From Thermodesulfobacteriota bacterium (GTDB lineage: Bacteria > Desulfobacterota > Desulfobacteria > Desulfobacterales > C00003060): a DNA stretch of 64,000 bases. Each line of letters starts with the position of its first letter. Position 1 is the stretch's first letter. The DNA lies in contig JAXHVD010000001.1 in the NCBI GenBank assembly GCA_034189385.1, forward strand, positions 32,001 through 96,000. The letters run 5' to 3'. Below, one piece after another: positions 47,542-57,230 of the stretch. Below the pieces are notes generated by a model. It saw only the letters and a list, made by a program, of their open reading frames with translations. It ran no database searches and was not told where the DNA came from. Made by a program: the position numbers and the translations under genes.

Positions 47542-48576
47542 TCAGCGAGCTTTGACCCTGTTGCTTCTCTCACTTTGAGCCTTGAGCTTTGGGCCTTGAG
47601 CCCCTTTGTCCATAGATCTGATGATCCACCGGGATAAGGTGTTGGGGTCCTCGTAGGGAACCACGCCTTCCAGGTTTTCCAAAGGGACCTCTGCCCGTGC
47701 CATGGCCTTGTGCCCACCTGCTTGGCCCAGGGGGCCAAAGCCGTCAGATAATACCTTCCCTGCATTTTTGCGAACACCGTCGTTTCTTACGATGATGACC
47801 AGGCGGCCCTTGTGGGTGCCTGACACGACAGACCAGGCAATATCATGAATTTTCATGAAAAAATCTGCGATGGAGACGCAAATATCTGGGTTCGTCACAG
47901 GCCCCAGGTGGACCTGAATGCGTTGTTTTCTTATGCGCATCTCTTCTAAGGCTTTCTGGTAATATTTCAAGAAATCACGGGGGATTTCTGCCTGGTCGAT
48001 CCTTCGTGCCATGTGGACATTCACATAACGAAAGAGAAACTGAAAAGCGTTCACATCCTCCATGACGGCCTTTCGTTGAAAATCCCTTGTGTCCGTCTTG
48101 ATACCGTAATACAGCGCCGTGGCAAGACGCATGGAGGGCTTGATGTTGGCGGCCCGAAGGTACTGGGTCATGATGGTGGAGGTGGCACCGTATTCCGACC
48201 GGATGTCCGAGAAAGAGGCCTCAGCCCCCGTAGGGGGGTGATGGTCAATAATCACATCAAAATGGAAACCTTCAAAGGCCTCGTGATGGGACGGCTGGGA
48301 GTCAACGATGGCAAACCGCGTGAATTCGTTGGGGTTCACCTTGCCTATGGGAAGAAGGTTCAATTTGAGCAGACGGATCATGGCCAGATTATCAGGCCGG
48401 CTGATGGTATTGACGTGGCAAATGGTAATGGCAGAGACTTGCCGCCACAAGAGCCGGCTCAAGGCCATGGCGCTGGCCATGGCGTCGGGGTCTGCGTTGA
48501 TGGCGATCAACAGCCGGTCTTCCCGAGCGAAAAGGCTAAGCAGACGCCGCAGTCTTTCTGAAGCAGAAGTGGCCAT
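47542..48576 (-). CDS. DHH-family phosphoesterase
   Basis: ADPDA, IVDSQ, IDHH, GIKTDT, GGH. Confidence 0.92.
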   Translation of the reverse strand: MATSASERLRRLLSLFAREDRLLIAINADPDAMASAMALSRLLWRQVSAITICHVNTISRPDNLAMIRLLKLNLLPIGKVNPNEFTRFAIVDSQPSHHEAFEGFHFDVIIDHHPPTGAEASFSDIRSEYGATSTIMTQYLRAANIKPSMRLATALYYGIKTDTRDFQRKAVMEDVNAFQFLFRYVNVHMARRIDQAEIPRDFLKYYQKALEEMRIRKQRIQVHLGPVTNPDICVSIADFFMKIHDIAWSVVSGTHKGRLVIIVRNDGVRKNAGKVLSDGFGPLGQAGGHKAMARAEVPLENLEGVVPYEDPNTLSRWIIRSMDKGAQGPKLKAQSERSNRVKAR

Positions 48577-48600
48577 GATAAGAAAAACTCACTCTATCGT

Positions 48601-49530
48601 TTAGAGCGCTCTAGTCAAGAACGCATCTATCTCTTTTCCCATGAAGTCAACCTCTTCAGGCTGCCTCCATTGGATCTCTGGATCCGCCCTGAACCAGGTA
48701 AACTGCCGTTTGGCATACCGCCGGGTATCTCTTTTAAAGAGTCGGACCGTCTCATCCCAACCCACATTTTCCAGCAAAAATGCTAACACATGGCGGTAGC
48801 CGATGGACTGCATGGACTTGAGGGCCGGGCCGTATCCTCTTTCAAGCAACCCTTTCACCTCGTCCAAAAAGCCTTGGGAAAGCATCCGCTCCACCCGTTC
48901 GTTGATGCGATGGTACAGGATCTCGCGGTCCATGAAAAGGCCAATCTTCAAAACCCTGTACGGCTTGTCGGAAAATTCATGGGTCATGTGGTGCTCAGAA
49001 ATGGGTTTCCCTGTAAGTTCAAAGATCTCGAGGGCCCGGATGACGCGGTACGTGTCCTTGGGATGGATCTTCGCTGCCCCTTTAGGATCTGCACGCTTGA
49101 GGCGTCCATAAATGGCTTCAAGGCCCAAGGTGTTGGCCTCTGCCTTTAGCCTTTCGCGGATGGCACTGTCTTCTCCTGGGACCTGAAAGAGTCCTTGCGT
49201 AAGGGCCTTTATATAAAGGCCCGTTCCGCCAACGACAAAGACCGCTTTCCCCTTTTCATGCAGATCAGCGATGATGGACCCTGCCATGGTCCTAAAGCTT
49301 GCTGCACTGAAGGGCTCATCTGGGCCCAACACATCGATGAGGTGGTGGGGCACCCGGGCCATCTGTTCTTTGTTTGGCTTGGCTGTACCGATGTCCATGT
49401 ATCTGTATACCTGCATGGCATCGGCACTGATGATCTCGCCCCCCAAGCGTTCGGCCAAGGCAATGGCCACTTCTGTTTTGCCTACACAAGTGGGGCCCGA
49501 GACAATGATGACAGACGGTTTTTGGACCAT
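48601..49530 (-). CDS. miaA: tRNA dimethylallyltransferase
   Basis: GPTCVGKT, MDIGTAKP, VGGTGLY, YAKRQFTWF. Confidence 0.97.
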   Translation of the reverse strand: MVQKPSVIIVSGPTCVGKTEVAIALAERLGGEIISADAMQVYRYMDIGTAKPNKEQMARVPHHLIDVLGPDEPFSAASFRTMAGSIIADLHEKGKAVFVVGGTGLYIKALTQGLFQVPGEDSAIRERLKAEANTLGLEAIYGRLKRADPKGAAKIHPKDTYRVIRALEIFELTGKPISEHHMTHEFSDKPYRVLKIGLFMDREILYHRINERVERMLSQGFLDEVKGLLERGYGPALKSMQSIGYRHVLAFLLENVGWDETVRLFKRDTRRYAKRQFTWFRADPEIQWRQPEEVDFMGKEIDAFLTRAL

Positions 49531-49755
49531 GGCTCTCCTTTTTTCCTCTTTCCTTTATTGCTGTTTTTTGCTATCAGGCTTTTGGCTAATTGCCGTTCCT
49601 GGTCTGATCGATCTTATATTTCAGATACCTTCAGGGATTTCAAGCTTTTGAATTTCGGTAAGACCCCCTGTGACACCCAGGTCGGCCACTTCTTGGGACG
49701 GATCGCCGACGACTTGCCCCACACGAGGAAAACCAAAAGGAGGAGGATTGGGCGG

Positions 49756-51069
49756 ATGAAGAAGTGTGTTGGTGTTCTTTTCTTGTGCATACTCTTCTTG
49801 TTGACCGCGGTTGTGAACAGCCACGCCGAGCTCTCATCTGACGAATTGCTTCAGATTCTGATGGAAAAAGGGATCATTACCGAAGAGGACATCGACAAGG
49901 CCAAGGCGTCTCGCAAAGAAGAGGATAAGGTGGCTGAAGAGAAGGAAGAGGTGGTCGTCAAGGGGGCCCGCCGTCCCATGAGTGTCAACTTCAAGGGCCG
50001 GGTCCAGGCACGGTACACGTCTATTGAAAACGGTGATCTAAGCAAGGTCACACCGCAAAAACCCTTTGAATTGTCTGAATTTGACGGATTTGTGCTCCGC
50101 CGTGTGCGTCTTCGGTGGTACGGAAACGTCACGGATCAATGGAAATACCACGTACAGCTCAGCGTAGATGGCGACCACAATGATGATCGACTGGACCCCA
50201 AATGGCCCGATTATCAACTCAGGAAGACCGATGTAGGGGTCATGCTCCAGGATGCCTTTTTCACCTATGACGCCCATCCTTATTTCAATGTCACAGTCGG
50301 GCAGTTCAAGTCACGCTTTTCACCCTCCTATCTCGTCGCAGGACCGGTCCTGCCCCTTTGCGAGCGTCCTCTGGTCATTGACCTCCTTGCGCGGAAACGG
50401 GAAATCGGCATCAGCATAGAGTCGGCCCTGGAGGGTCAATTGGACGCACGGGGGCCGACAGCAAGGCTCTATGACAAACCGATCTTTTATGCAGTCGGGT
50501 TGTACAACGGCAATGGATTTAACAAGATGCGTAATGATAACGAAAATTTAATGGTAACCGGCATGTTAGTTTACCGCCCGCGGCCATACATCAACTTTGG
50601 TGTCAGCTATGCCTACGACCAGATTGGCTATGATTACGAGACCACCGTCCTTGGTTTGGCCGAGCTTTCTGAAGACGGCACCCACTATGAATTCCCAGTT
50701 AGGGATCGCATAGCCGTAAAAGACGTGCACATCTGGGATTTCAACTCTGCCTTGGACGCAGGACCAGTGCATCTCCAGTTTGAATACGTGCAGCAAGACG
50801 GTCATGACGTGAGCCGGGCCTGGGGGTACGGTATACAAGGACAGTACGACCTATGGGATAACTTCCAGCTCACCGCCCGATACGACGAGTTTGATCCGAA
50901 CGTGGACAAGGACAACTCCTTTGACTCCCGCTGGTATACCCTGGGATGTAACTGGTTCATCCATGGACAGAGCATAAAGTGGCAGACCAATTACAGCTTC
51001 CGGGAAGAGATGCATGGTGAGGATGTGGACAACGACATCCTTATCACCCATTTTCAGGTCCTGTTTTAG
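49756..51069 (+). CDS. Phosphate-selective porin (OprO/P)-like outer-membrane protein
   Basis: Signal peptide, LRRVRL, LQDA, GQFK, YNGNG, ARYDEFDP, C-terminal Phe; AGGAGG RBS before ATG 49756. Confidence 0.82.
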   Translation: MKKCVGVLFLCILFLLTAVVNSHAELSSDELLQILMEKGIITEEDIDKAKASRKEEDKVAEEKEEVVVKGARRPMSVNFKGRVQARYTSIENGDLSKVTPQKPFELSEFDGFVLRRVRLRWYGNVTDQWKYHVQLSVDGDHNDDRLDPKWPDYQLRKTDVGVMLQDAFFTYDAHPYFNVTVGQFKSRFSPSYLVAGPVLPLCERPLVIDLLARKREIGISIESALEGQLDARGPTARLYDKPIFYAVGLYNGNGFNKMRNDNENLMVTGMLVYRPRPYINFGVSYAYDQIGYDYETTVLGLAELSEDGTHYEFPVRDRIAVKDVHIWDFNSALDAGPVHLQFEYVQQDGHDVSRAWGYGIQGQYDLWDNFQLTARYDEFDPNVDKDNSFDSRWYTLGCNWFIHGQSIKWQTNYSFREEMHGEDVDNDILITHFQVLF

Positions 51070-51332
51070 GGAGCTCAAGTTTCGAACAACTGTCAACAAC
51101 TTGAAATAACAGCTAGAAACGTTCCATGGCTTCTGGGAAGCGGCAGGGCTCTGGTTTGGGTCTTTTCTATGTAATTGAGGCCTCGCGATGGGGGAATCCG
51201 CTTCTCTTCAGCCTCCAATGCCTTTAGTAGCTGTGCAAAGATGGAGGGTGGCAATGGCTGTAGGCTTTCGTTCAGCTGATTTCCCCATCCCTCTATTGCC
51301 AAATCGGAGGGAACAAGTCTTGACACACCTAC

Positions 51333-51461
51333 TATTTCATCTGCACCAAGCTTCACCCGCCCCACCTACTATAACGACTCGAGCAGCGCCGCCATGGGCC
51401 ATTGACCTTGGTCTTGGCCGCGGCCGGATACGGTAAAGGCACGCCACGGGGGCTGGGGTAG
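51333..51461 (+). pseudogene. Remnant of a MalT-like LuxR/STAND regulator N-terminus
   Basis: Single frame reads ICTKLHPPHLL*RLEQRRHGPLTLVLAAAGYGKGT (compare TKLxxP...LTLVxAPAGYGKT), with an internal TAA at 51372 and termination shortly after Walker A. Confidence 0.6.
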
Positions 51462-51604
51462 CTCTCCTGTGGAGAATGGGCTCGCTTATTCGGTTCGATC
51501 AGATCCTTTCAAAGGGGCCTCCCGAAGAATTGATGAAAATTCTACGCAGGAAGGTAGATAACGCATAGATACATGACACAAGGATAAGAGGAGCGAGAAA
51601 GCCC

Positions 51605-52441
51605 ATGAAGTGTGTAACATGTGTTGTCGTCTTAGGTGCGTTGCTGGTCATCCCGACTTCGAACGTGAGTTCCCTGTCTTTCGTGGCACGGGCAGAGGCA
51701 TCAAGCCATGAGAGTAAAGCAAGAAGAGATGCATTTGCGGATCAAGCCTTGTCAACGCCCATAGAAATCGTCCAAGCAACGGCAGATGAGGCCCCTTCGG
51801 ATATGTGGGAAGAATATGAGGAAGAAGAAGAGGTAGTAGACATAGCAGACCCGATCTACTACTGGAACAAGGGGATGTATCATTTCAATGACAAGTTCTA
51901 CTTCTGGGTCCTGAAGCCCGTGGCAAGGGGGTACCGATGGGCCGTGCCAGAGGAAGTCAGAGAAGGGGTGAAAAATTTCTTCCATAACCTTTCCTTTCCT
52001 ATCCGTTTTGTGAGCTGCCTATTGCAGGCAAAGGGCAGTCGGGCAGCAGGTGAATTTGGAAGATTCTTTATGAATACGACATGGGGGATTCTTGGCTTTG
52101 GCAATCCGGCCAAGGATTGCCCGAGACTCAATCCGCCTGAGGAGGATTTGGGACAAACCTTTGGCGCCTGGGGCATGGGCAACGGTTTTTACATTGTCTG
52201 GCCCTTTCTGGGCCCCTCCACGGCCCGTGATTCTGTGGGACTCGTGGGAGAGACTTACTTAGATCCCGTTCGCTATGTAGAACCGATGGCAGCGTCTCTG
52301 GCCATCACCACCTGGGATACTATAAACGAGACCTCCTTTAGGATCGGAGACTACGAGGCTTTAAAAGATGCGGCGATTGATCCCTACACATCCATTCGAG
52401 ACGCCTATGTTCAGCATCGGAAGAAGCAAGTAGAGGAGTAA
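51605..52441 (+). CDS. mlaA: VacJ/MlaA family protein
   Basis: DP...WNK.MYHFND, NFFHNL, RFFMNTTWG, EDLGQT, PFLGPSTARD, DPYTSIRDAY. Confidence 0.9.
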   Translation: MKCVTCVVVLGALLVIPTSNVSSLSFVARAEASSHESKARRDAFADQALSTPIEIVQATADEAPSDMWEEYEEEEEVVDIADPIYYWNKGMYHFNDKFYFWVLKPVARGYRWAVPEEVREGVKNFFHNLSFPIRFVSCLLQAKGSRAAGEFGRFFMNTTWGILGFGNPAKDCPRLNPPEEDLGQTFGAWGMGNGFYIVWPFLGPSTARDSVGLVGETYLDPVRYVEPMAASLAITTWDTINETSFRIGDYEALKDAAIDPYTSIRDAYVQHRKKQVEE

Positions 52442-52643
52442 ACCTGACGTGCCCTTGAAAAAGCAACACTTCTGAGGGGGAGCGTTTTTGCCTTTTTTGT
52501 GATATCGGACTGTGTGGACGGCCTTCTCAGACCTTTGCGCCAACTGCTGGTCAAATCGAATCCAGAGGAACTTGTGAGGGCCGGTGACGGCCGGATCGCT
52601 GTTGGCGTCACAAGAGGCAAACTGAAAGAGGAGGGACAGGGAG

Positions 52644-53330
52644 ATGGACGTTAGAGTGGCGCAAAGAATCAAATGGTGGCTGGTTGTCGTACTGGCAGGA
52701 AGCTTTCTTTGGGGATGTGGTTCAGGGCAGCGGGTTTCACGGCGTTATACTGAGCAGGTAAGGGATATCAAAACCGTTTTGGTCCTCCCCTTTCAAGCCG
52801 CTACCGAATACTACGATGCAGGGGCAACGGTTCAGTGTTTTGAATGCGAGTATTTCGTGCAAACAGGGACCATTGAGGCAGGGGCCGATACGTTCATGAA
52901 CGAAGAGCTCATGGCCTTTCTGGAGTCAGACACCCCCTATAAGCCTATTCCTTTCTGGACGGTCCAGGGTGTGACCTCCAAGATGCCCTCTCAAGACCTT
53001 CGTGGGGCAGATCGCTCTCTTCTCATCCAGATGGGAAAGAGCCTTCAGGCAGATGCTGTCATCGGCGGGACCCTTTACCGCTTCAGAGAACGTGCAGGGA
53101 CATCCCTGTCCGTGACCACGCCAGCGTCCGTTGCCTTTGCCATAGAGCTGATCCGTGTCTCTGACGGTCGTACCCTATGGGGCCGTGCCTTTGATGAGAC
53201 CCAGCGCAGTCTTGACGAGAATCTTCTGAAATTGGGCAGCTTCTTGAAAAGGGGCGGCGGATGGCTCACCGCGGAAGAACTGGCTGCGGCTGGATTCAAG
53301 GAGGTGATGGCCAGCTTCCCCGTGCCGTAA
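52644..53330 (+). CDS. Putative lipoprotein (CsgG/LpoB-like fold)
   Basis: LWG-C lipobox; VLVLPF, GKSLQADAVIGG, ELIRVSDGRTLW. Confidence 0.7.
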   Translation: MDVRVAQRIKWWLVVVLAGSFLWGCGSGQRVSRRYTEQVRDIKTVLVLPFQAATEYYDAGATVQCFECEYFVQTGTIEAGADTFMNEELMAFLESDTPYKPIPFWTVQGVTSKMPSQDLRGADRSLLIQMGKSLQADAVIGGTLYRFRERAGTSLSVTTPASVAFAIELIRVSDGRTLWGRAFDETQRSLDENLLKLGSFLKRGGGWLTAEELAAAGFKEVMASFPVP

Positions 53331-53554
53331 ATTCCCTTGTAATGTCGAAAATTAGCCTGACTTCATCCCGCGTTTCTACCCCTGGTCATCATACAGTGCC
53401 CCGGTCCGTTGGCAGTCTGGACCAGTTTCTCCCTTTTCACCACAAGACCGTAAGGTTACTATTTCACTGCGTACTTTTAGATAAGCCTTCCGGCATTCAC
53501 TGCCACTTGGATGACGAAATTTCCTGTGATTCACTGTTGAAATAATTGAAATGC

Positions 53555-53583
53555 TTGACAACTGAACGGCAACCATGTATAAG
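53555..53583 (+). promoter_or_regulatory. Sigma70-type promoter of porin 1
   Basis: TTGACA-N17-TATAAG. Confidence 0.7.
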
Positions 53584-53747
53584 AGCCGAGTCCCGCGGTT
53601 TGCATGTTAAAAAGCATTGTAATTCTGGTTTGTTACAACATAACCACCAAGAAAGGGGGTGGGGTTTCCTTGTTGCCGAGTGTCGCAGCCGATGTCCTTT
53701 TGGACATGGCTGCATCAATCCCTTAAACACTAACAGGAGGAGAAAGA

Positions 53748-55355
53748 ATGAAGAGAATTGGAATAAGTGTGTCTGTACTCGTATTGGCTCTCTTTTTGGC
53801 CGCACCAGCCATAGCTGGACCAGGCACGGTAGAGGTAACGGTGCCCGGAGACATTTCCCTTAGGATGGGCGCACAGGTCCGGATCATCCCCACGGCTGAG
53901 GTGGATCGGGACTTTGGACTAAGCGATGACCTCACCAGTGCGCAGGAGCTAACAGCCGCCAGGGCCTTGGCTCCTATGGCCTGCCTGGGCGACAGCCCAA
54001 AGAGCCATCTCACTGAGGGGGCCGGCGCGGTAAAGGACAGCTACATCCGCGGTGAGCATCGCCTCTTCTTTAACTTTGCCCATGAGCAGGATTGGGACGT
54101 CTACTTCATGCTGGAAGTGGACACCCTCTTTCAGAGCCATACGGCAGACCGCACAGACTTTGCCTGGGGGCGCCAGACCCAGCAGTTTGGTGTAGAGCGC
54201 TTGAATGCCAGTTTTAATCTGCCTGCCATCAACTCACGCCTCTGGGGTGGATGGGACGCCCGTGGTGTGGACATCGGCTATGGTGGGTTCCTTTACGCAG
54301 ACGATGATCCGGGTCTGGGCCTGAAAGGCGCTGCAGACAACTGGATGTGGGAAGCCGTCTGGATCAAGAAGATTGAGGATGAATCCGGTTACGCCGATGA
54401 AAAGTTTCTCGGCGTGGAGATCAATCCCTTGGGGGCACCAGACCAGGGCCAGGATCAAGACCGGGACTTCTACTACGGCAAGCTCGGGTATGACTTTGGC
54501 GACAGCAAGGTCCTGGAAGGCTTCGGCATGTACCACCGGAACCGCGTGGGGGGCAATGATGTAGACCACTACGTCTTCGGCCTCCAGGGAAAATGCACCC
54601 AGGGTAGACTAAATCCCATGTTTGAGGTGGCTTACGCCACGGGTGACTTTGACCGTGCCGACGGCCTTGAAGCCGACATAGATTCCATGGCAGCCTTTGG
54701 AGATGTGGCCATTGACCTGAGTGACACGGTGGGGCTGAAGAAGTTTGAAGCCCACGTTGGTGGCTATTGGTTGTCAGGTGATGACGATCCCGCCGACGAT
54801 GACCTGGAAGGCTGGACCGAGGTGGTGGGTATTACCCGGTTCTCGCCGCGGTTCGGGACCGAGCAGGGGATCGCCCATGACGGCAATCCTCTCCTGGGAC
54901 AGATCGAATATAGCTTCTTCCCCGCATACTACGGTACACAACTTTGGAATGGCGGCGGCATCAACGGTGGCGCCGACTATGACAACCCTGGTTTCATCAT
55001 GCTGGGTGGTGGCGTGAAGGCGGCATGGGGCAAGTTTGGCCTCAAGTCCAACGTCATGGCCATGTGGTTTGAGGCCGAAGAGTCTGTAGAGGCATTCTAT
55101 GAGCGCGCTGCTATTGGGCTTACCGGTGTGGAAATTGATGAATTCATGGGTGTGGAGTGGAATAACGAGCTTTCTTACAAGCTCTATGATCAGGTGACCC
55201 TCAAGGGTGGGGCATCGTTCCTCTTCCCGGGTGATGGTGCAGAGGACATTACCCAGGCCCTGGACGCCTATGCCCGTGGGGTGGACTTCGCCGATGGAGA
55301 AGCATCGGATGATGTCTCCATGCGCTTTGCCGCGGAGCTGATCTGGTTCTTCTAG
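53748..55355 (+). CDS. Outer-membrane beta-barrel/porin
   Basis: Signal peptide (AIA-G), acidic Gly/aromatic-rich alternating strands, terminal ELIWFF; AGGAGG RBS. Confidence 0.8.
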   Translation: MKRIGISVSVLVLALFLAAPAIAGPGTVEVTVPGDISLRMGAQVRIIPTAEVDRDFGLSDDLTSAQELTAARALAPMACLGDSPKSHLTEGAGAVKDSYIRGEHRLFFNFAHEQDWDVYFMLEVDTLFQSHTADRTDFAWGRQTQQFGVERLNASFNLPAINSRLWGGWDARGVDIGYGGFLYADDDPGLGLKGAADNWMWEAVWIKKIEDESGYADEKFLGVEINPLGAPDQGQDQDRDFYYGKLGYDFGDSKVLEGFGMYHRNRVGGNDVDHYVFGLQGKCTQGRLNPMFEVAYATGDFDRADGLEADIDSMAAFGDVAIDLSDTVGLKKFEAHVGGYWLSGDDDPADDDLEGWTEVVGITRFSPRFGTEQGIAHDGNPLLGQIEYSFFPAYYGTQLWNGGGINGGADYDNPGFIMLGGGVKAAWGKFGLKSNVMAMWFEAEESVEAFYERAAIGLTGVEIDEFMGVEWNNELSYKLYDQVTLKGGASFLFPGDGAEDITQALDAYARGVDFADGEASDDVSMRFAAELIWFF

Positions 55356-55481
55356 TCTCATAATCCAACAAGGGCTTTTGCCCTTTTGCATGAACCAAAG
55401 GCCCAGTTCTGGTAGATGCCAGGCTGGGCCTTTCTTTGCTTGCAGGAGATTGCTCAACCACGCCCGTTGGGGGATTTCTCC

Positions 55482-55510
55482 TTGACATATGAGGGGGCTT
55501 TTCCCATACT
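55482..55510 (+). promoter_or_regulatory. Sigma70-type promoter
   Basis: TTGACA-N17-CATACT, 60 nt upstream of ATG 55570. Confidence 0.6.
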
Positions 55511-55569
55511 GCCCCGAAAAAAGGGAGGACTTCTTCTCCCTTTGGTTTGCGTAAAGAGAGGGTGATCCA

Positions 55570-56724
55570 ATGCTATTTCCTAGGATGCGATTCGCGATCA
55601 TTGGTCTTCTGGTTTTGTTGTGGGGTCTCTCGACTGCCTGCGTTACGGGGAAGGGCGCCGCTCAGGCCAGGGAACCAAAGGAAGAACTGACGGCAGAGGA
55701 AAAATCGCGCCAGGCTTGGGACGAACAACTCCAAGAGCATCCCTGGATGGTCTCGGGCGAGTACTTCAGCCAAAAAGAGAAAGGGACAGGGGTTGACCTC
55801 CGGGAGTGGATAAAAAGCCGAGAGGAACAGGAGGAAAAACAGAAAGATACGGAAAGACGTCTGGAAGCGTTGGAGCAGGCTGTTCAAGAGGGGCAAACAT
55901 TGGAGCCACCTGGAAAGGAGCCACGGCCTGTGGTTGCGGCGGCCAAGCCTTCTGCAGTGCCTGCGATGCCTCTGAAGACTGCAGGGGCGTCATCCTCACG
56001 AGGACTTCCATTCAAGGCGGCAATGGTCGTCTATCCCAAGGTGTATGAAGCAGCGCCAGATGTGAAAGAAGCCCTTCTTGGGGCCCTGGGCAGCCTGTCT
56101 GCCAGGCGTTCTCAGGTTCTCTTGATGGGACCTGGGGAAGTGGAAGAGATCCTCATGCAACAAGGCTTAGTTTCCGGTCCTAAGAACATGGAAAAGGTTG
56201 CCCAGGCCCTGGGAACCTATCCGGCTGCCCGCTTGGTCGTCTTTGTGGAGAAGCTGGGATTGGACGCCAAGGGGAAGAAGGTTGAGGGCAGCCTGGAATA
56301 CGCCATCGTAGATGGCTTTTCCGGAAGGTCCATCACAACGGCCCAGGAAGCAGCATCAGCCTCTTCAGGCGCTGCCGGAACAAGGAAGGTCTTGGGCGAG
56401 CTCGTGGCTGCCATGGCAGAGACTCTAGAGAAGAAGGCATCCAAATATGACTGGTACTCCCGTGTTGCTATGGTGGAAGGAAAACAGATCTACCTTACCG
56501 CCGGTGCTGCATCTGGATTGAAGGTTGGGGACATCTTATCCGTGTACGGCCCTGGCAAAGAGATCGTCCACCCTGTTGCCAAGGTCTCCATGGGGTTTCA
56601 ACGGGGTCCCTATAAAGGCAAGGTCAAAGTGCTCAAGCTTTTTGGCCGTGATGCAGCAGAAGCCGCCCTTGTGAGCGGTAAAGGCAAGATAGAAGGCAAT
56701 GACCTGGTGGCTCCCCCCGACTAG
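55570..56724 (+). CDS. Lipoprotein with FlgT-C-like C-terminal domain
   Basis: STA-C lipobox-like site, coiled coil, IYLTAGAASGLKVGDILSVY...GKVKV. Confidence 0.7.
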   Translation: MLFPRMRFAIIGLLVLLWGLSTACVTGKGAAQAREPKEELTAEEKSRQAWDEQLQEHPWMVSGEYFSQKEKGTGVDLREWIKSREEQEEKQKDTERRLEALEQAVQEGQTLEPPGKEPRPVVAAAKPSAVPAMPLKTAGASSSRGLPFKAAMVVYPKVYEAAPDVKEALLGALGSLSARRSQVLLMGPGEVEEILMQQGLVSGPKNMEKVAQALGTYPAARLVVFVEKLGLDAKGKKVEGSLEYAIVDGFSGRSITTAQEAASASSGAAGTRKVLGELVAAMAETLEKKASKYDWYSRVAMVEGKQIYLTAGAASGLKVGDILSVYGPGKEIVHPVAKVSMGFQRGPYKGKVKVLKLFGRDAAEAALVSGKGKIEGNDLVAPPD

Positions 56725-57023
56725 ACAGAGTTGCCCAAAGCATCCATAAATCCATTCTCCCTACACCATGACTTGCCACGCCCCAATCTCTGTTCTTACA
56801 TCCAGATTGCGATGACACCCTTTTCCTGAACATTATCATGGTCTCTTTGGGACTAAAAAGCTGTCGATTCGGCGTAGAGGCCTATTGGTCAATGGGCATA
56901 TCCATTTGATATAATACAATAAAATCCCAGAAAATCTCTCTGTGGCAGGTTCTACCCCTGGATTTATATGAGGTTGCTCCTGTCAAAAGAGCTCCGTAAT
57001 TGCGAATTTCTTGAAGATTATGC

Positions 57024-57052
57024 TTGACATGTGTATTGGTGAAGGCTAAAAG
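57024..57052 (+). promoter_or_regulatory. Sigma70-type promoter of porin 2
   Basis: TTGACA-N17-TAAAAG. Confidence 0.6.
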
Positions 57053-57230
57053 TTGGGCCAATCAGGGCACTATCTCAAGAAAATGCCGTAATATTAGAAA
57101 GTTAAGGGAGCAAGGCAGAAGAGGAGGTGATGCCTGGTCGGCTATGGGGCCTCACCCTTGAGGAGGGGCGAGGCATTGGAACTAACCGAAAAAACTTTCT
57201 TTTTTCACTAACAGGAGGAAAGGAAAGAGC

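Noticed and set aside
49195..49755. 187-codon N-terminal extension of the porin ORF
   Set aside because: It overlaps miaA on the opposite strand; the RBS and signal peptide indicate a start at 49756.
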